IMG/VR virus record: IMGVR_UViG_2671180662_000002
Source of the DNA: a virus
Lineage: Duplodnaviria; Heunggongvirae; Uroviricota; Caudoviricetes
Strand: one strand, 5' to 3'
Length of the DNA: 12,951 nucleotides
Under the pieces are notes generated by a model. That model did no database searches and was not told where the DNA came from. It was given only the letters and a program-made list of their open reading frames with translations. This document shows positions 1-9,666 of the stretch, in pieces. Position 1 is the first letter of the stretch. Every line of letters starts with the position of its first letter. The position numbers and the translations under genes were made by a program.

Positions 1-61
1 AATCGGAAAATCGATACTGGAAAAACTCTAACTCGGTGGCCAGTTTTTGTTGACCACTTCA
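1..61 (+). mobile_element. Right terminal end (inverted repeat) of an IS3-family insertion sequence whose body lies upstream of the window
   Basis: Read on the minus strand inward from position 61, the sequence is TGAAGTGGTCAACAAAAACTGGCCAC. It starts with TGA and has GGCCAC at positions 21-26, mirroring the IS end at 12717 (TGAGGTAGCCTGAGTTTAACGGACAC, GGACAC at 21-26). IS3-family elements end 5'-TG...CA-3', and the + strand here ends ...CACTTCA at 61. All three forward frames are closed within bases 1-100, so the downstream terminase has no upstream continuation. Boundary is approximate to a few bp. Confidence 0.5.
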
Positions 62-1102
62 CCTTTCTTTCCGAACCTTGTTGATCACCTTCTGGTTAAG
101 CATCACACGGCTGATGGCGTTGAAGATGGCATTTCAATCTGCTACTTCAAGCCATACTCGCAAGGCCGTGCTCGCTGGCAGGGTGACACAATCCACGGCG
201 TGTGGTTTGACGAAGAGCCACCATACAGCATTTATGGCGAAGGTCTTACCCGTACCAACAAATACGGGCAATTCTCAATTCTGACGTTTACCCCGCTGAT
301 GGGGATGTCTGACGTTGTTACCAAGTTCCTGAAGAACCCCAGCAAGTCGCAGAAAGTGGTCAACATGACCATCTATGACGCTGAGCACTATACCGACGAG
401 CAGAAAGAGCAAATCATCGCATCATATCCCGAGCATGAGAGAGAGGCGCGTGCTCGCGGTATTCCTACGATGGGTAGTGGTCGAATCTTCCAGATACCGG
501 AAGAGACGATTAAGTGTCAGCCGTTCGAGTGTCCTGATCACTTCTACGTAATTGGCGGGATGGATTTCGGATGGGATCACCCACAGGCGCAAGTTCAGCT
601 TTGGTGGGATAAGGAGGCAGACACAATCTACGTTTCACGCGTGTGGAAGGCGAAAGAAAAAACAGCCGTTCAGGCGTGGGGAGCCGTTAAATCATGGGCG
701 CATAAAGTGCCAACCGCATGGCCTCATGATGGAAACCAGCACGAGAAGGGCGGCGGTGAGCAGCTCAAAGGGCAGTATGCAGACGCTGGATTTATGATGT
801 TGCAGGAGCATGCGACATGGCCTGATGGCGGTAACGCTGTTGAGCCAGGCATCACTGAATTGCGCGACATGATGCTCGATGGTCGCTTCAAAGTATTCAA
901 TACCTGTGAGCCATTCTTTGAGGAGTTCCGCCTCTATCACCGTGATGAAAACGGGAAAATCGTCAAGCTTAACGACGACGTGCTATCCGCCGTTCGCTAT
1001 GCATACATGATGCGCCGCTTCGCAAAAATGATGCGCGACATCAAAAAACCAAAAGAGAAAAAGATACCAGCCCCAATCAGGCCCATCGCACGGAGAACTT
1101 AA
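62..1102 (+). pseudogene. 2: Terminase large subunit (TerL), 5'-truncated: Walker B, coupling motif and nuclease domain retained, N-terminal region with Walker A absent
   Basis: Translation contains a Walker B-like GVWFDEE, an ILTFTP coupling-motif-like segment, and an RNaseH-like nuclease signature (YVIGGMDFG, then LNDDVLSAVRYA near the C-terminus). It sits immediately upstream of the portal gene, as in P22. The ORF-track start at 47 is a TTG inside the putative IS repeat, with an in-frame TAA at 29-31. About 347 codons remain, against roughly 470-500 aa for full-length P22-like TerL (recalled). Confidence 0.85.
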
Positions 1103-3268
1103 ATGGCCGACGAAAACAGACTCAATTCCATTCTGTGTAAGTTTGACGCAGACTGGATGGCGAGCGATGAAGCCAGAACCGAGGCGACAAATGACCTGTA
1201 TTTTAGCCGAGTGTCGCAATGGGATGACTGGCTATCAAACTACACTACCCTGCAATATCGCGGACAATTCGATGTTGTTCGCCCGGAGGTCAGGAAACTG
1301 GTCGCAGAGATGCGCCGGAACCCTGTCGACGTTCTCTTCCGACCCAAAGACGGCGCTAATCCTGATGCAGCCGATGTATTGATGGGGATGTATCGTACTG
1401 ATATGCGCCATAACACGGCAAAGATTGCCGTTAACGTTGGCGTTCGTGAGCAGATAGAGTCAGGCGTTGGTGCATGGCGTCTGGTCACGCAGTACGAAGA
1501 CAACGATCCAACAAGCAACAATCAGGTAATCCGACGCCTGCCAATCCATGAAGCCTGCTCACACGTCATATGGGACGCCAACAGCAAGCAGATGGATAAG
1601 AGCGACGCTAAGCACTGCACGGTGATTAACGCCTTGTCGCGCAATGGCTGGAAAGAGTTCGCAGAGGATTACGGTATTGACCCGGATACCCTGCCATCTT
1701 TCCAGAATCCTAACGATACATGGCTATTCCCGTGGGTGTCGAATGATGTCGTCTACGTCGCTGAGTATTACGAGGTAGAAGAGGAGAAGGAGAAGGTCTT
1801 CATCTACCGCGACCCGCTGACAGGTGAGCCGGTCAGCTATTACCAGCAGGATATCAAAGACGTCATCGACGACCTGGCTAATCGTGGATTCATTAAGGTA
1901 GCAGAGCGCAAGGTGAAGCGTCGGCGTGTGTATAAGTCGATCATCACCTGTACGCAGATACTGAAAGACCGCGAGAAGATAGCCGGAGAGCATATTCCAA
2001 TCGTTCCAGTGTATGGCGAATGGTCATTCGCTGGTGACAAGGAGTGCTACGAGGGTGTGGTAAGGCTGACGAAAGACGGTCAACGCCTTCGTAACATGAT
2101 TATGTCGTTCAACGCCGATATTGTTGCTCGGTCACCGAAGAAGAAACCGACCTTCTTCCCTGAGCAAATCGAAGGCTACGAATACATGTACGGCGGAAAT
2201 GATGACTATCCGTACTATCTGCAGAACAGGACTGATGAAAACGGTAACGACCTGCCGATTGGTCCAATCTCCTACATGGAAAACCCTGAAGTGCCGCAAG
2301 CCAACGCTTACATGCTTGAGGCTGCCACCAACGCAGTGAAAGAAGTGGCTAGTCTTGGCGTGGATGCGCAGGCGGCAAATGGTCAGGTCGCTTTTGATAC
2401 CGTCAATCAACTGAACATGCGGGCAGACCTTGAGACATACGTGTTTCAGGATAACCTGGCTACCGCAATGCGACGTGATGGCGAGATTTATGCCTCAATG
2501 GTCAACGATATTTATGACGTTCCTCGTCATGTAACGCTGACACTTGAAGATGGAAGCGAGAAAGACGTTCAACTCTATGCGCAAGTTGTCGATTACCAGT
2601 CCGGCAATGTGGTCACACTCAACGACATTCGCGGTCGATATGAGTGCTATACAGACGTTGGGCCATCCTTCCAGAGTATGAAGGAACAGAACCGCGCAGA
2701 GATTCAGGAGTTGCTCACCAAGGTTCCGCAAGGTACTCCAGAGTTCCAGATGCTGATGCTGCAATACTTCACGCTGCTTGACGGTAAAGGCGTCGAGATG
2801 ATGCGAGAGTACGCGAACAAGCAACTGGTGATGATGGGGCTGAAGAAACCAGAAACACCTGAAGAGATGGAGATGGTGCAGCAGGCACAACAACAGCCGC
2901 AGCAGCCATCAGCAGAGCAAATTCAGGCGCAGGGTATCCTTCTGCAAGGTCAGGCTGAATTGCTCAAGGCAGAGAACCAACAGGCGCAGATTCAGGTTGA
3001 AGCTGCCAAGGTTGAAGCCCAAAACCAACTCAACGCCGCGAAGATTGCAGAAATATTCAACAATATGGACCTCGACAAGCAGGCAGAACTGCGTGAGTAC
3101 CTCAGGCTCGTAGGTCAATTCCAGCAACAGCGCAGCAAAGATGCTCGTGCTAACGCTGAGCTGCTTCTTAAAGATGCAGACCAGACTCATTCACAACGCA
3201 TGGATTTCGCGAATCTTATGCGTCAAGTTCAAATCCCCTCCGGCGGAGTAGCCGAGACACCTCAATAA
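1103..3268 (+). CDS. 1: Portal protein (P22 gp1 family)
   Basis: 721 aa. The N-terminus ([28 protein letters not shown]...[10 protein letters not shown]) and long internal stretches ([43 protein letters not shown]) closely match my recollection of P22 gp1 (about 725 aa). The C-terminal 150 aa is Gln/Ala/Glu-rich and helical, consistent with the P22 portal barrel. GGAG ribosome-binding site 5 nt upstream; start abuts the TerL stop. Confidence 0.95.
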   Translation: MADENRLNSILCKFDADWMASDEARTEATNDLYFSRVSQWDDWLSNYTTLQYRGQFDVVRPEVRKLVAEMRRNPVDVLFRPKDGANPDAADVLMGMYRTDMRHNTAKIAVNVGVREQIESGVGAWRLVTQYEDNDPTSNNQVIRRLPIHEACSHVIWDANSKQMDKSDAKHCTVINALSRNGWKEFAEDYGIDPDTLPSFQNPNDTWLFPWVSNDVVYVAEYYEVEEEKEKVFIYRDPLTGEPVSYYQQDIKDVIDDLANRGFIKVAERKVKRRRVYKSIITCTQILKDREKIAGEHIPIVPVYGEWSFAGDKECYEGVVRLTKDGQRLRNMIMSFNADIVARSPKKKPTFFPEQIEGYEYMYGGNDDYPYYLQNRTDENGNDLPIGPISYMENPEVPQANAYMLEAATNAVKEVASLGVDAQAANGQVAFDTVNQLNMRADLETYVFQDNLATAMRRDGEIYASMVNDIYDVPRHVTLTLEDGSEKDVQLYAQVVDYQSGNVVTLNDIRGRYECYTDVGPSFQSMKEQNRAEIQELLTKVPQGTPEFQMLMLQYFTLLDGKGVEMMREYANKQLVMMGLKKPETPEEMEMVQQAQQQPQQPSAEQIQAQGILLQGQAELLKAENQQAQIQVEAAKVEAQNQLNAAKIAEIFNNMDLDKQAELREYLRLVGQFQQQRSKDARANAELLLKDADQTHSQRMDFANLMRQVQIPSGGVAETPQ

Positions 3269-3281
3269 GAGAGAGTTAATC

Positions 3282-4193
3282 ATGGACCAAACCACCGACA
3301 TTCAGGCTTCTGAAGAATTAACCCTGCCCGGCAATCATGCAGCGGCATCTGCTGATGGCTTAGTTGTCGATAATGCCAACGACAGCGCAGGTCAGGAAGA
3401 AGGCTTTGAGATTGTCCGGAAAGACGATGAGAAACCAAAACAAGACCCGGCAACTAATGCTGAATTTGCCCGTCGCCGCATCGAACGCAAACGCCAGCGT
3501 GAGCTTGAGCAGCAGATGGAAGCGGTTAAGCGTGGAGAGTTGCCGGAGCACCTGCGGGTGAACCCTGAGTTACCAAAACAACCAGACCCTAACGATTATC
3601 TTTCCGAAGATGCACTGGCTAAGTACGACTATGACCAGAGCCGCGCACTGGCTGCCTTCCAGCAGGCAAACAGTGAATGGCAGATCAAGGCTATGGACGC
3701 ACGAAGCCAGGCTGTCGCCGAGCAGGGTCGCAAAACTCAGGAGTTCACCCAGCAATCAGCGCAATACGTCGAGGCGGCCCGTAAGCACTACGAGGCAGCG
3801 GAAAAGCTCAATATCCCTGACTATCAGGAGAAAGAGGATGCATTCATGCAACTGGTGCCGCCAGCAGTCGGTGCCGACATCATGCGCCTCTTCCCGGAGA
3901 AATCCGCCGCTCTCATGTATCACCTTGGTGCTAATCCTGAGAAAACACGCCAGTTGCTGGCGATGGACGGGCAATCCGCGCTGATTGAACTCACTCGACT
4001 GTCAGAACGTTTAACTCTCAAGCCTCGAGCCAAGCCTGTTTCAGAAGCCCCGTTACCTGATGAACCCATTCAGGGACATGCTGTTGCTGCAAATATCTCT
4101 GCGATTGAAAAGCAGATGGAGGCGGCAGCAAACAAAGGGGATGTAGAGACGTACCGCAAGCTCAAGGCGCAACTGAATAAAGGAATTCGATAA
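3282..4193 (+). CDS. 8: Scaffolding protein (P22 gp8 family)
   Basis: 303 aa, the same length as P22 gp8. Acidic, helical, with a basic C-terminal coat-binding region ([19 protein letters not shown]) and conserved stretches such as [30 protein letters not shown]. Sits between portal and coat. GAGAGAG ribosome-binding site upstream. Confidence 0.93.
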   Translation: MDQTTDIQASEELTLPGNHAAASADGLVVDNANDSAGQEEGFEIVRKDDEKPKQDPATNAEFARRRIERKRQRELEQQMEAVKRGELPEHLRVNPELPKQPDPNDYLSEDALAKYDYDQSRALAAFQQANSEWQIKAMDARSQAVAEQGRKTQEFTQQSAQYVEAARKHYEAAEKLNIPDYQEKEDAFMQLVPPAVGADIMRLFPEKSAALMYHLGANPEKTRQLLAMDGQSALIELTRLSERLTLKPRAKPVSEAPLPDEPIQGHAVAANISAIEKQMEAAANKGDVETYRKLKAQLNKGIR

Positions 4194-5488
4194 TGGCATT
4201 AAATGAAGGTCAACTGGTCACGTATGCTCTGGATGAAATCATCGGAACCGTCCAGAACCTGACGCCAATGGCGTCAAAAGTGACAAAATACCCCCCTCCG
4301 GCAGAATCCATGCAGCGTTCAAGCAACACCGTGTGGATGCCTGTTGAGCAGGAAGCGCCAACCCAGACTGGCTGGGATTTAACTGGCAACGCAACCGGGA
4401 TTCTGGAACTCTCCGTGAAGTGCAACATGGGCGATCCGGATAACGATTTCTTCGAGCTTCGTGCAGATGACCTGCGTGATGAGCGTTCTTACCGTCGCCG
4501 CATCCAGGCATCCGCCAAAAAACTGGCGAATAACATTGAGTCAGCGATTGCCAAACAGGCAACTGAAATGGGCTCGCTTGTTGTTCACGATACCCGCGCA
4601 ATTGGTCCATCGACTGGCCTGCCTGGCTGGGATTTTGTGTCTGATGCAGAGCGACTGATGTTCTCCCGTGAGCTAAACCGCGACATGGGCATCAGTTACT
4701 TCCTGAACCCTGACGATTACCGCAAAGCAGGCCGCAACCTGGTAGATGGTGACATCTTCGGGCGCGTTCCTGAAGAAGCATATCGAAACGGTACTATTCA
4801 GCGTCAGATTGCTGGCTTTGATGAAATTCTTCGCTCACCGAAACTTCCGGCAGTTACCAAGTCAACCGCGACTGGTGTAACTGTTTCTGGTGCGCAGAAG
4901 TTTAAGCCGCAGGCATACACCCTTGATACCGATGGTAACAAAGAGAACGTCGACAACCGTGTTGCAACGGTGACCGTATCCTCCACCACCGGATTTAAGC
5001 GCGGCGACAAAATCAGCTTCATTGGTGTGAAGTTCCTGTCTCAGATGGCGAAGAATGTGCTGACTGATGACGCGACTTTCTCAATCACCCGTGTGATCGA
5101 TGGTACTCACATCGAAATCACGCCGAAGCCGATTGCGCTGGATGACGCGTCACTGACAAAAGAAGAGAAGGCTTACGCTAACGTAAACACCTCTCTTGCT
5201 GATACCACTCCGGTAAACGTTCTGAACGTGGCAACAACCACCGCTAACGTGTTCTGGGCTGATGACTCAATCCGCCTGCTGTCTCAGCCGATCCCGGTAA
5301 CCCATGAACTGTTTGCTGGCATGAAAACGTCTTCCTTCAGCATTCCAGGTATTGGTGTTAACGGCATCTTCGCAACGCAGGGTGATATCAACACTCTGTC
5401 TGGTAAGTGCCGTATTGCTGTGTGGTATTCAGCATGTGCTGTACGACCAGAGGCAATTGGTGTTGGTCTGCCTAACCAGACCGCGTGA
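4193..5488 (+). CDS. 5: Major capsid (coat) protein (P22 gp5 family, HK97-like fold)
   Basis: 431 aa (P22 gp5 is 430 aa as I recall). N-terminus MALNEGQ and C-terminus [13 protein letters not shown] match P22 coat, with many conserved internal blocks ([49 protein letters not shown]). Start overlaps the scaffold stop (TAATG). Confidence 0.95.
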   Translation: MALNEGQLVTYALDEIIGTVQNLTPMASKVTKYPPPAESMQRSSNTVWMPVEQEAPTQTGWDLTGNATGILELSVKCNMGDPDNDFFELRADDLRDERSYRRRIQASAKKLANNIESAIAKQATEMGSLVVHDTRAIGPSTGLPGWDFVSDAERLMFSRELNRDMGISYFLNPDDYRKAGRNLVDGDIFGRVPEEAYRNGTIQRQIAGFDEILRSPKLPAVTKSTATGVTVSGAQKFKPQAYTLDTDGNKENVDNRVATVTVSSTTGFKRGDKISFIGVKFLSQMAKNVLTDDATFSITRVIDGTHIEITPKPIALDDASLTKEEKAYANVNTSLADTTPVNVLNVATTTANVFWADDSIRLLSQPIPVTHELFAGMKTSSFSIPGIGVNGIFATQGDINTLSGKCRIAVWYSACAVRPEAIGVGLPNQTA

Positions 5489-5496
5489 TAACCAGA

Positions 5497-5518
5497 GGGA
5501 GCTTCGGCTCCCGTTTTT
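5497..5518 (+). terminator. Rho-independent terminator-like hairpin just downstream of the coat gene
   Basis: GGGAGC (5497-5502), TTCG loop, GCTCCC (5507-5512), then G and TTTTT (5514-5518). A GC-rich 6-bp stem with a tetraloop and a T-run, 9 nt after the coat stop codon. Possibly a partial terminator or attenuator inside the late operon. Confidence 0.5.
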
Positions 5519-5532
5519 ATCTGGAGACAAGC

Positions 5533-5763
5533 ATGACACACATGATCTTTCGTCATGGCGACATGAAGAAGTGGAAAGGCGTTGGCTACGACTTTGAAAT
5601 CGTGAAAGCCGAAGAGCTTCAGGAATATCTGGATGCTGGCTGGTTTTCACATCCTGATGACCTTTTGAAGGATGTTGCAGAGCCAGAGCCAGAAGAAAAA
5701 CAGCGTAAAAAGCCTGGTCGAAAACCTAAGGCGGCAGCAGATGAACCTGACAACGAAGGGTGA
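5533..5763 (+). CDS. Small hypothetical protein (76 aa) between coat and gp4; acidic core with a Lys/Pro-rich basic tail
   Basis: ATG at 5533 with GGAG 6 nt upstream (5523-5526). Translation [76 protein letters not shown]. Its 3' end overlaps the gp4 start by 23 nt in another frame. The ORF-track start at 5485 is GTG and overlaps the coat stop; I prefer 5533. Function unknown. Confidence 0.45.
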   Translation: MTHMIFRHGDMKKWKGVGYDFEIVKAEELQEYLDAGWFSHPDDLLKDVAEPEPEEKQRKKPGRKPKAAADEPDNEG

Positions 5764-6241
5764 TTTAGTTCTTGCGGCATTACGTAAGCTCGGTGTTGCA
5801 TCAAATGCCACGTTAACCGATGTCGAACCGCAGTCTATGGAAGACGGCGTCAACGACCTTGAAATGATGATGGCTGAATGGCTTGGCGGTGATGCGTCAC
5901 CTGGTATCAACGTTGGCTACATTTTTGCTGATGCAGATGTTGCTCCGGATCCGGGCGATGAGCACGGTTTATCAAATAACGCTATCAATGCCGTCATTTT
6001 CAACCTTGCCTGCCGAATTGCTCCAGATTATGCGCTGGAAGCGTCTGCAAAACTTATAACCACTGCCAGATACGGGAAAGAGCGACTCGTCAAACTGTCT
6101 GCAATGGACAGGGCAAAAGCAGCTAAATGTAAGTCCGGTTATCCAAACCGTATGCCTGTTGGTAGTGGTAACCAGTTGGCGAAGTGGAATGGTTGGAATT
6201 ACTTCCACCGAAAGGAACCTTGCGATAACGGGAGCGAATAA
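5741..6241 (+). CDS. 4: Tail adaptor / head-completion protein (P22 gp4 family)
   Basis: Start chosen at the internal ATG 5741 ([33 protein letters not shown]...), giving 166 aa. This matches the P22 gp4 N-terminus I recall ([21 protein letters not shown]...) and its length. Conserved [15 protein letters not shown] block. The ORF-track start at 5672 adds 23 non-homologous residues and is rejected. Confidence 0.85.
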   Translation: MNLTTKGDLVLAALRKLGVASNATLTDVEPQSMEDGVNDLEMMMAEWLGGDASPGINVGYIFADADVAPDPGDEHGLSNNAINAVIFNLACRIAPDYALEASAKLITTARYGKERLVKLSAMDRAKAAKCKSGYPNRMPVGSGNQLAKWNGWNYFHRKEPCDNGSE

Positions 6242-7659
6242 TGCCTATTCAGCAACTTCCGCTTATGAAAGGTGTCGGCAAAGACTTCCGAAACGCCGAC
6301 TATATCGACTATCTGCCAGTGAATATGCTGGCTACACCCAAAGAAATCCTGAACAGCAGCGGATATCTTCGCTCATTCCCGGGCATTGCCAAACGTTCTG
6401 ACGTGAACGGTGTATCTCGCGGCGTCGAGTACAACATGGCGCAGAATGCTGTTTATCGCGTGTGTGGCGGCAAGCTGTACAAAGGAGAAAGTGAAGTCGG
6501 TGATGTTGCCGGAAGTGGTCGTGTATCAATGGCGCATGGTCGGACATCACAGGCGGTAGGCGTTAATGGTCAACTGGTCGAGTATCGCTATGATGGCACG
6601 GTCAAAACCGTCTCAAACTGGCCTACAGACAGTGGATTCACTCAGTATGAGTTAGGTTCAGTTCGCGACATTACGCGCTTACGTGGGCGTTATGCGTGGT
6701 CAAAAGACGGAACTGATTCATGGTTTATCACTGACCTTGAAGACGAATCTCATCCTGACCGTTACAGCGCACAATATCGTGCCGAGTCTCAGCCTGACGG
6801 CATCATCGGTATCGGGACATGGCGAGACTTCATCGTCTGCTTTGGTTCATCGACTATTGAATATTTCTCCCTGACTGGCGCAACCACCGTTGGTGCCGCT
6901 TTGTATGTTGCACAACCATCGCTGATGGTGCAGAAAGGCATTGCCGGAACTTACTGCAAAACGCCATTCGCTGATTCGTATGCGTTTATCAGCAATCCGG
7001 CAACGGGTGCGCCGTCTGTGTATATCATCGACTCCGGTCAGGTGTCACCAATTGCCAGCGCGAGCATTGAGAAAATCCTCCGCTCCTACACTGCTGATGA
7101 ACTGGCTGATGGTGTGATGGAATCGCTGCGATTTGATGCTCATGAGTTGCTGATTATCCACCTTCCGCGTCACGTCCTCGTGTACGACGCATCTTCAATC
7201 GCCAATGGCCCACAATGGTGTGTGCTGAAAACAGGTCTGTATGACGATGTGTACCGCGCTATCGACTTCGTTTACGAAGGCAATCAGATAACGTGCGGCG
7301 ATAAGCTGGAATCTGTTACCGGGAAACTGCAATTCGATATCAGCAGCCAGTACGACAAGCAACAGGAACACCTGCTGTTTACTCCACTCTTCAAAGCGGA
7401 TAACGCCAGAGTGTTCGACCTTGAGGTTGAATCGTCAACTGGCGTTGCGCAGTACGCCGACCGCCTTTTTCTCTCTGCAACCACTGACTGCATCAATTAC
7501 GGGCGTGAGCAGATGATTGAGCAGAATGAACCGTTCGTTTACGACAAGCGTGTTTTGTGGAAGCGAGTAGGGCGCATCAGGAAAAATGTCGGCTTCAAAT
7601 TGCGCGTTATCACGAAGTCACCTGTCACTCTGTCTGGCGCTCAGATAAGGATTGAGTAA
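6241..7659 (+). CDS. 10: Tail hub / tail accessory protein (P22 gp10 family)
   Basis: 472 aa, the same length as P22 gp10. N-terminus [49 protein letters not shown] is near-identical to my recollection of P22 gp10. Start overlaps the gp4 stop (TAATG). Confidence 0.9.
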   Translation: MPIQQLPLMKGVGKDFRNADYIDYLPVNMLATPKEILNSSGYLRSFPGIAKRSDVNGVSRGVEYNMAQNAVYRVCGGKLYKGESEVGDVAGSGRVSMAHGRTSQAVGVNGQLVEYRYDGTVKTVSNWPTDSGFTQYELGSVRDITRLRGRYAWSKDGTDSWFITDLEDESHPDRYSAQYRAESQPDGIIGIGTWRDFIVCFGSSTIEYFSLTGATTVGAALYVAQPSLMVQKGIAGTYCKTPFADSYAFISNPATGAPSVYIIDSGQVSPIASASIEKILRSYTADELADGVMESLRFDAHELLIIHLPRHVLVYDASSIANGPQWCVLKTGLYDDVYRAIDFVYEGNQITCGDKLESVTGKLQFDISSQYDKQQEHLLFTPLFKADNARVFDLEVESSTGVAQYADRLFLSATTDCINYGREQMIEQNEPFVYDKRVLWKRVGRIRKNVGFKLRVITKSPVTLSGAQIRIE

Positions 7660-8507
7660 TGGCTGATTCGAATCTCAATGTGCCGGTAATCATCCAAGCT
7701 ACGCGGCTCGATACATCAGTCCTTCCACGCAATATCTTCTCGCAGTCGTATCTGCTTTACGTTATCGCACAGGGCACTGATGTTGGTAACGTGGCTAACA
7801 AAGCCAACGAGGCCGGACAGGGCGCTTATGATGCACAGGTCAGGAACGATGAGCAGGATGTGATTCTCGCTGACCATGAGCAGCGAATTTCTGCTGCGGA
7901 AGCAACGCTTGTTAATCATGAGGAGCGAATCAGACAGGCAGAATCAACTCTTCAGGACCATGAAACACGAATAGCTCAGAATGAAAGCGATATTTCGTCG
8001 CTTGACACAAGAGTTCAGTCGCTGGAGTCGCAGGTTTCAGACCATGAAACGCGCATCGATGCTCTGGAGTATGCAACCACACGCAAGAAGTCAGAGGTTG
8101 TTTACTCTGGTGTATCTGTAACCATCCCGACAGCGCCGACCAACCTTGTTAGCCTGCTGAAAACGCTCACACCGTCATCCGGCTCGTTGGCACCATTCTT
8201 CGACACCGTTAACAACAAGATGGTTGTGTTCAACGAGAACAAAACCCTGCTCTTCAAGTTGTCGATTGTCGGCACGTGGCCCAGCGGAACCGCCAACAGG
8301 TCAATGCAGCTAACCTTTTCCGGCTCTGTTCCTGACACACTGGTCAGCAGTCGTAATGCGGCGACAACAACCGACAACATCCTGTTAGCTACGTTCTTCA
8401 GCGTGGATAAAGACGGCTTTCTTGCCACAAATGGCAGTACGTTAACCATTCAGTCGAATGGTGCGGCGTTTACTGCCACAACCATCAAGATAATCGCGGA
8501 GCAGTGA
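7659..8507 (+). CDS. 26: Tail needle / plug protein (P22 gp26 family) with a C-terminal knob-type domain unlike the P22 C-terminus (Sf6-type)
   Basis: 282 aa. The N-terminal 60 aa ([43 protein letters not shown]...) match the P22 gp26 N-terminus, followed by a coiled-coil segment with a 14-residue DHExRI repeat. The C-terminal ~130 aa is Ser/Thr-rich and beta-like, not P22-like. Length and architecture fit the Sf6 needle (recalled). Confidence 0.88.
   Translation: MADSNLNVPVIIQATRLDTSVLPRNIFSQSYLLYVIAQGTDVGNVANKANEAGQGAYDAQVRNDEQDVILADHEQRISAAEATLVNHEERIRQAESTLQDHETRIAQNESDISSLDTRVQSLESQVSDHETRIDALEYATTRKKSEVVYSGVSVTIPTAPTNLVSLLKTLTPSSGSLAPFFDTVNNKMVVFNENKTLLFKLSIVGTWPSGTANRSMQLTFSGSVPDTLVSSRNAATTTDNILLATFFSVDKDGFLATNGSTLTIQSNGAAFTATTIKIIAEQ
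7872..8069 (+). repeat. 42-bp periodic in-frame repeat encoding the trimeric coiled-coil shaft of the tail needle
   Basis: GACCATGAGCAGCGAATT at 7872, AATCATGAGGAGCGAATC at 7914, GACCATGAAACACGAATA at 7956 and GACCATGAAACGCGCATC at 8040 sit at 42-nt multiples. They encode D/N-H-E-x-R-I every 14 residues (two heptads). Confidence 0.7.
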
Positions 8508-8962
8508 TGATTACATTCAAACCAACGCGAAACATCGACCTGATAGAAGCAGTCGGAAATCACCCTGACATTATCGCCGGGAGCAACAACGGTGATGGAT
8601 ACGACTACAAACCTGAATGCCGTTACTTTGAGGTGAACGTGCACGGTCAGTTTGGCGGCATTGTTTACTATCAGGAGATTCAGCCGCTGACATTAGATTG
8701 CCACGCCATGTACCTGCCAGAGATTCGCGGCTTCAGCAAGGAAATTGGGCTGGCGTTCTGGCGATACATTCTGACTAACACCACCGTTCAGTGCGTAACA
8801 TCGTTCGCTGCACGCAAATTCCGACACGGTCAGATGTACTGCGCAATGATTGGCCTTAAGCGTGTAGGAACCATCAAGAAATACTTCAAAGGCGTGGATG
8901 ACGTGACTTTTTACAGCGCCACACGCGAAGAACTAATCGACTTCCTGAATCACGGGAGATAG
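8504..8962 (+). CDS. 14: gp14-position protein (virion assembly / ejection-associated), assigned by synteny
   Basis: 152 aa ORF whose start overlaps the needle stop (ATGA). It occupies the slot between gp26 and gp7 that gene 14 holds in P22. I cannot confirm sequence identity from memory, so the assignment rests on position and size only. Confidence 0.65.
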   Translation: MMITFKPTRNIDLIEAVGNHPDIIAGSNNGDGYDYKPECRYFEVNVHGQFGGIVYYQEIQPLTLDCHAMYLPEIRGFSKEIGLAFWRYILTNTTVQCVTSFAARKFRHGQMYCAMIGLKRVGTIKKYFKGVDDVTFYSATREELIDFLNHGR

Positions 8963-8964
8963 CC

Positions 8965-9657
8965 ATGTTATATGCATTTAAGCTGGGCAGAAAACTGCGC
9001 GGCGAGGAACCTTATTGCCCTGAAAAAGGCGGGAAAGGTGGCAGTTCTGATAAAAGCGCAAAGTATGCAGCAGAAGCCCAGAAGTATGCTGCAGACCTGC
9101 AAAATCAGCAGTGGCAGACGATCATGAAAAACCTTGCTCCGTTCACGCCTCTTGCGGAGCAGTATGTTAACCAGCTTCAGAACCTTTCCAGTTTAGAAGG
9201 TCAGGGGCAGGCACTTAATCAGTATTACAACTCTAAGCAGTATAAAGACCTTGCAGGGCAGGCGCGTTACCAGAGTCTTGCTGCTGCGGAGGCGACGGGT
9301 GGACTTGGTTCGACAGCCACAAGCAATCAACTGGCTACGATCGCGCCGACACTCGGTCAGTCTTGGTTATCAAATCAGATGAGCAATTACAACAATCTGG
9401 CAAACGTTGGGCTTGGTGCGCTGCAAGGTCAGGCAAACGCCGGGCAGACGTACGCCAACAACATGAGCAGCATTGCACAGCAAAGCGCAGCTCTTGCCGC
9501 TGCTAATGCCAATAAACCATCAAGTCTTCAGACTGCAATTAGCGGTGGCACGTCTGGTGCGATTGCCGGTGCAGGTCTTGCCAGCCTTTTGGGAACATCA
9601 ACGCCTTGGGGCGCTGGTATTGGTGCTGGTATCGGATTGCTTGGCTCGTTGTTTTAA
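8965..9657 (+). CDS. 7: Ejection (E) protein, P22 gp7 family
   Basis: 230 aa. N-terminus MLYAFKLGRKLRGEEPYCPEKGGKGGSSDKSAKYAAEAQKYAADLQNQQWQTIMKNLAPF closely matches my recollection of P22 gp7. Gln/Asn/Ala-rich body and a C-terminal Gly/Ala-rich hydrophobic segment (GAIAGAGLASLLGTSTPWGAGIGAGIGLLGSLF). GGGAGA ribosome-binding site upstream. Confidence 0.88.
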   Translation: MLYAFKLGRKLRGEEPYCPEKGGKGGSSDKSAKYAAEAQKYAADLQNQQWQTIMKNLAPFTPLAEQYVNQLQNLSSLEGQGQALNQYYNSKQYKDLAGQARYQSLAAAEATGGLGSTATSNQLATIAPTLGQSWLSNQMSNYNNLANVGLGALQGQANAGQTYANNMSSIAQQSAALAAANANKPSSLQTAISGGTSGAIAGAGLASLLGTSTPWGAGIGAGIGLLGSLF

Positions 9658-9666
9658 GGGGGAATC

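Noticed and set aside
47-61. TTG start at 47 proposed by the ORF track for the terminase ORF
   Set aside because: These codons (MLTTS) lie inside the putative IS terminal repeat and are preceded by an in-frame stop at 29-31. It is not a credible native start, and the gene is better explained as 5'-truncated.
2495-2893. Minus-strand 132-aa ORF antisense to the portal gene
   Set aside because: It is fully embedded antisense within a confidently identified gene, has a His/Leu/Cys-rich low-complexity translation and no recognisable ribosome-binding site. It is a typical spurious antisense ORF.
2860-3268. Gln/Ala/Glu-rich low-complexity tract that could be taken for a separate repeat protein or a nucleotide repeat array
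   Set aside because: It is in frame and continuous with the portal ORF, and corresponds to the long C-terminal helical barrel known for P22-type portals.
5485-5532. GTG start at 5485 for the small ORF
   Set aside because: It overlaps the coat stop codon and reads through the terminator hairpin. The ATG at 5533 has a proper GGAG ribosome-binding site.
5672-5740. Upstream ATG at 5672 as the gp4 start (189 aa product)
   Set aside because: The extra 23 residues are not homologous to P22 gp4. The internal ATG at 5741 gives the expected 166 aa and a P22-like N-terminus.
8102-8449. Minus-strand 115-aa ORF antisense to the tail needle gene
   Set aside because: Fully antisense to the needle coding sequence with no independent support.
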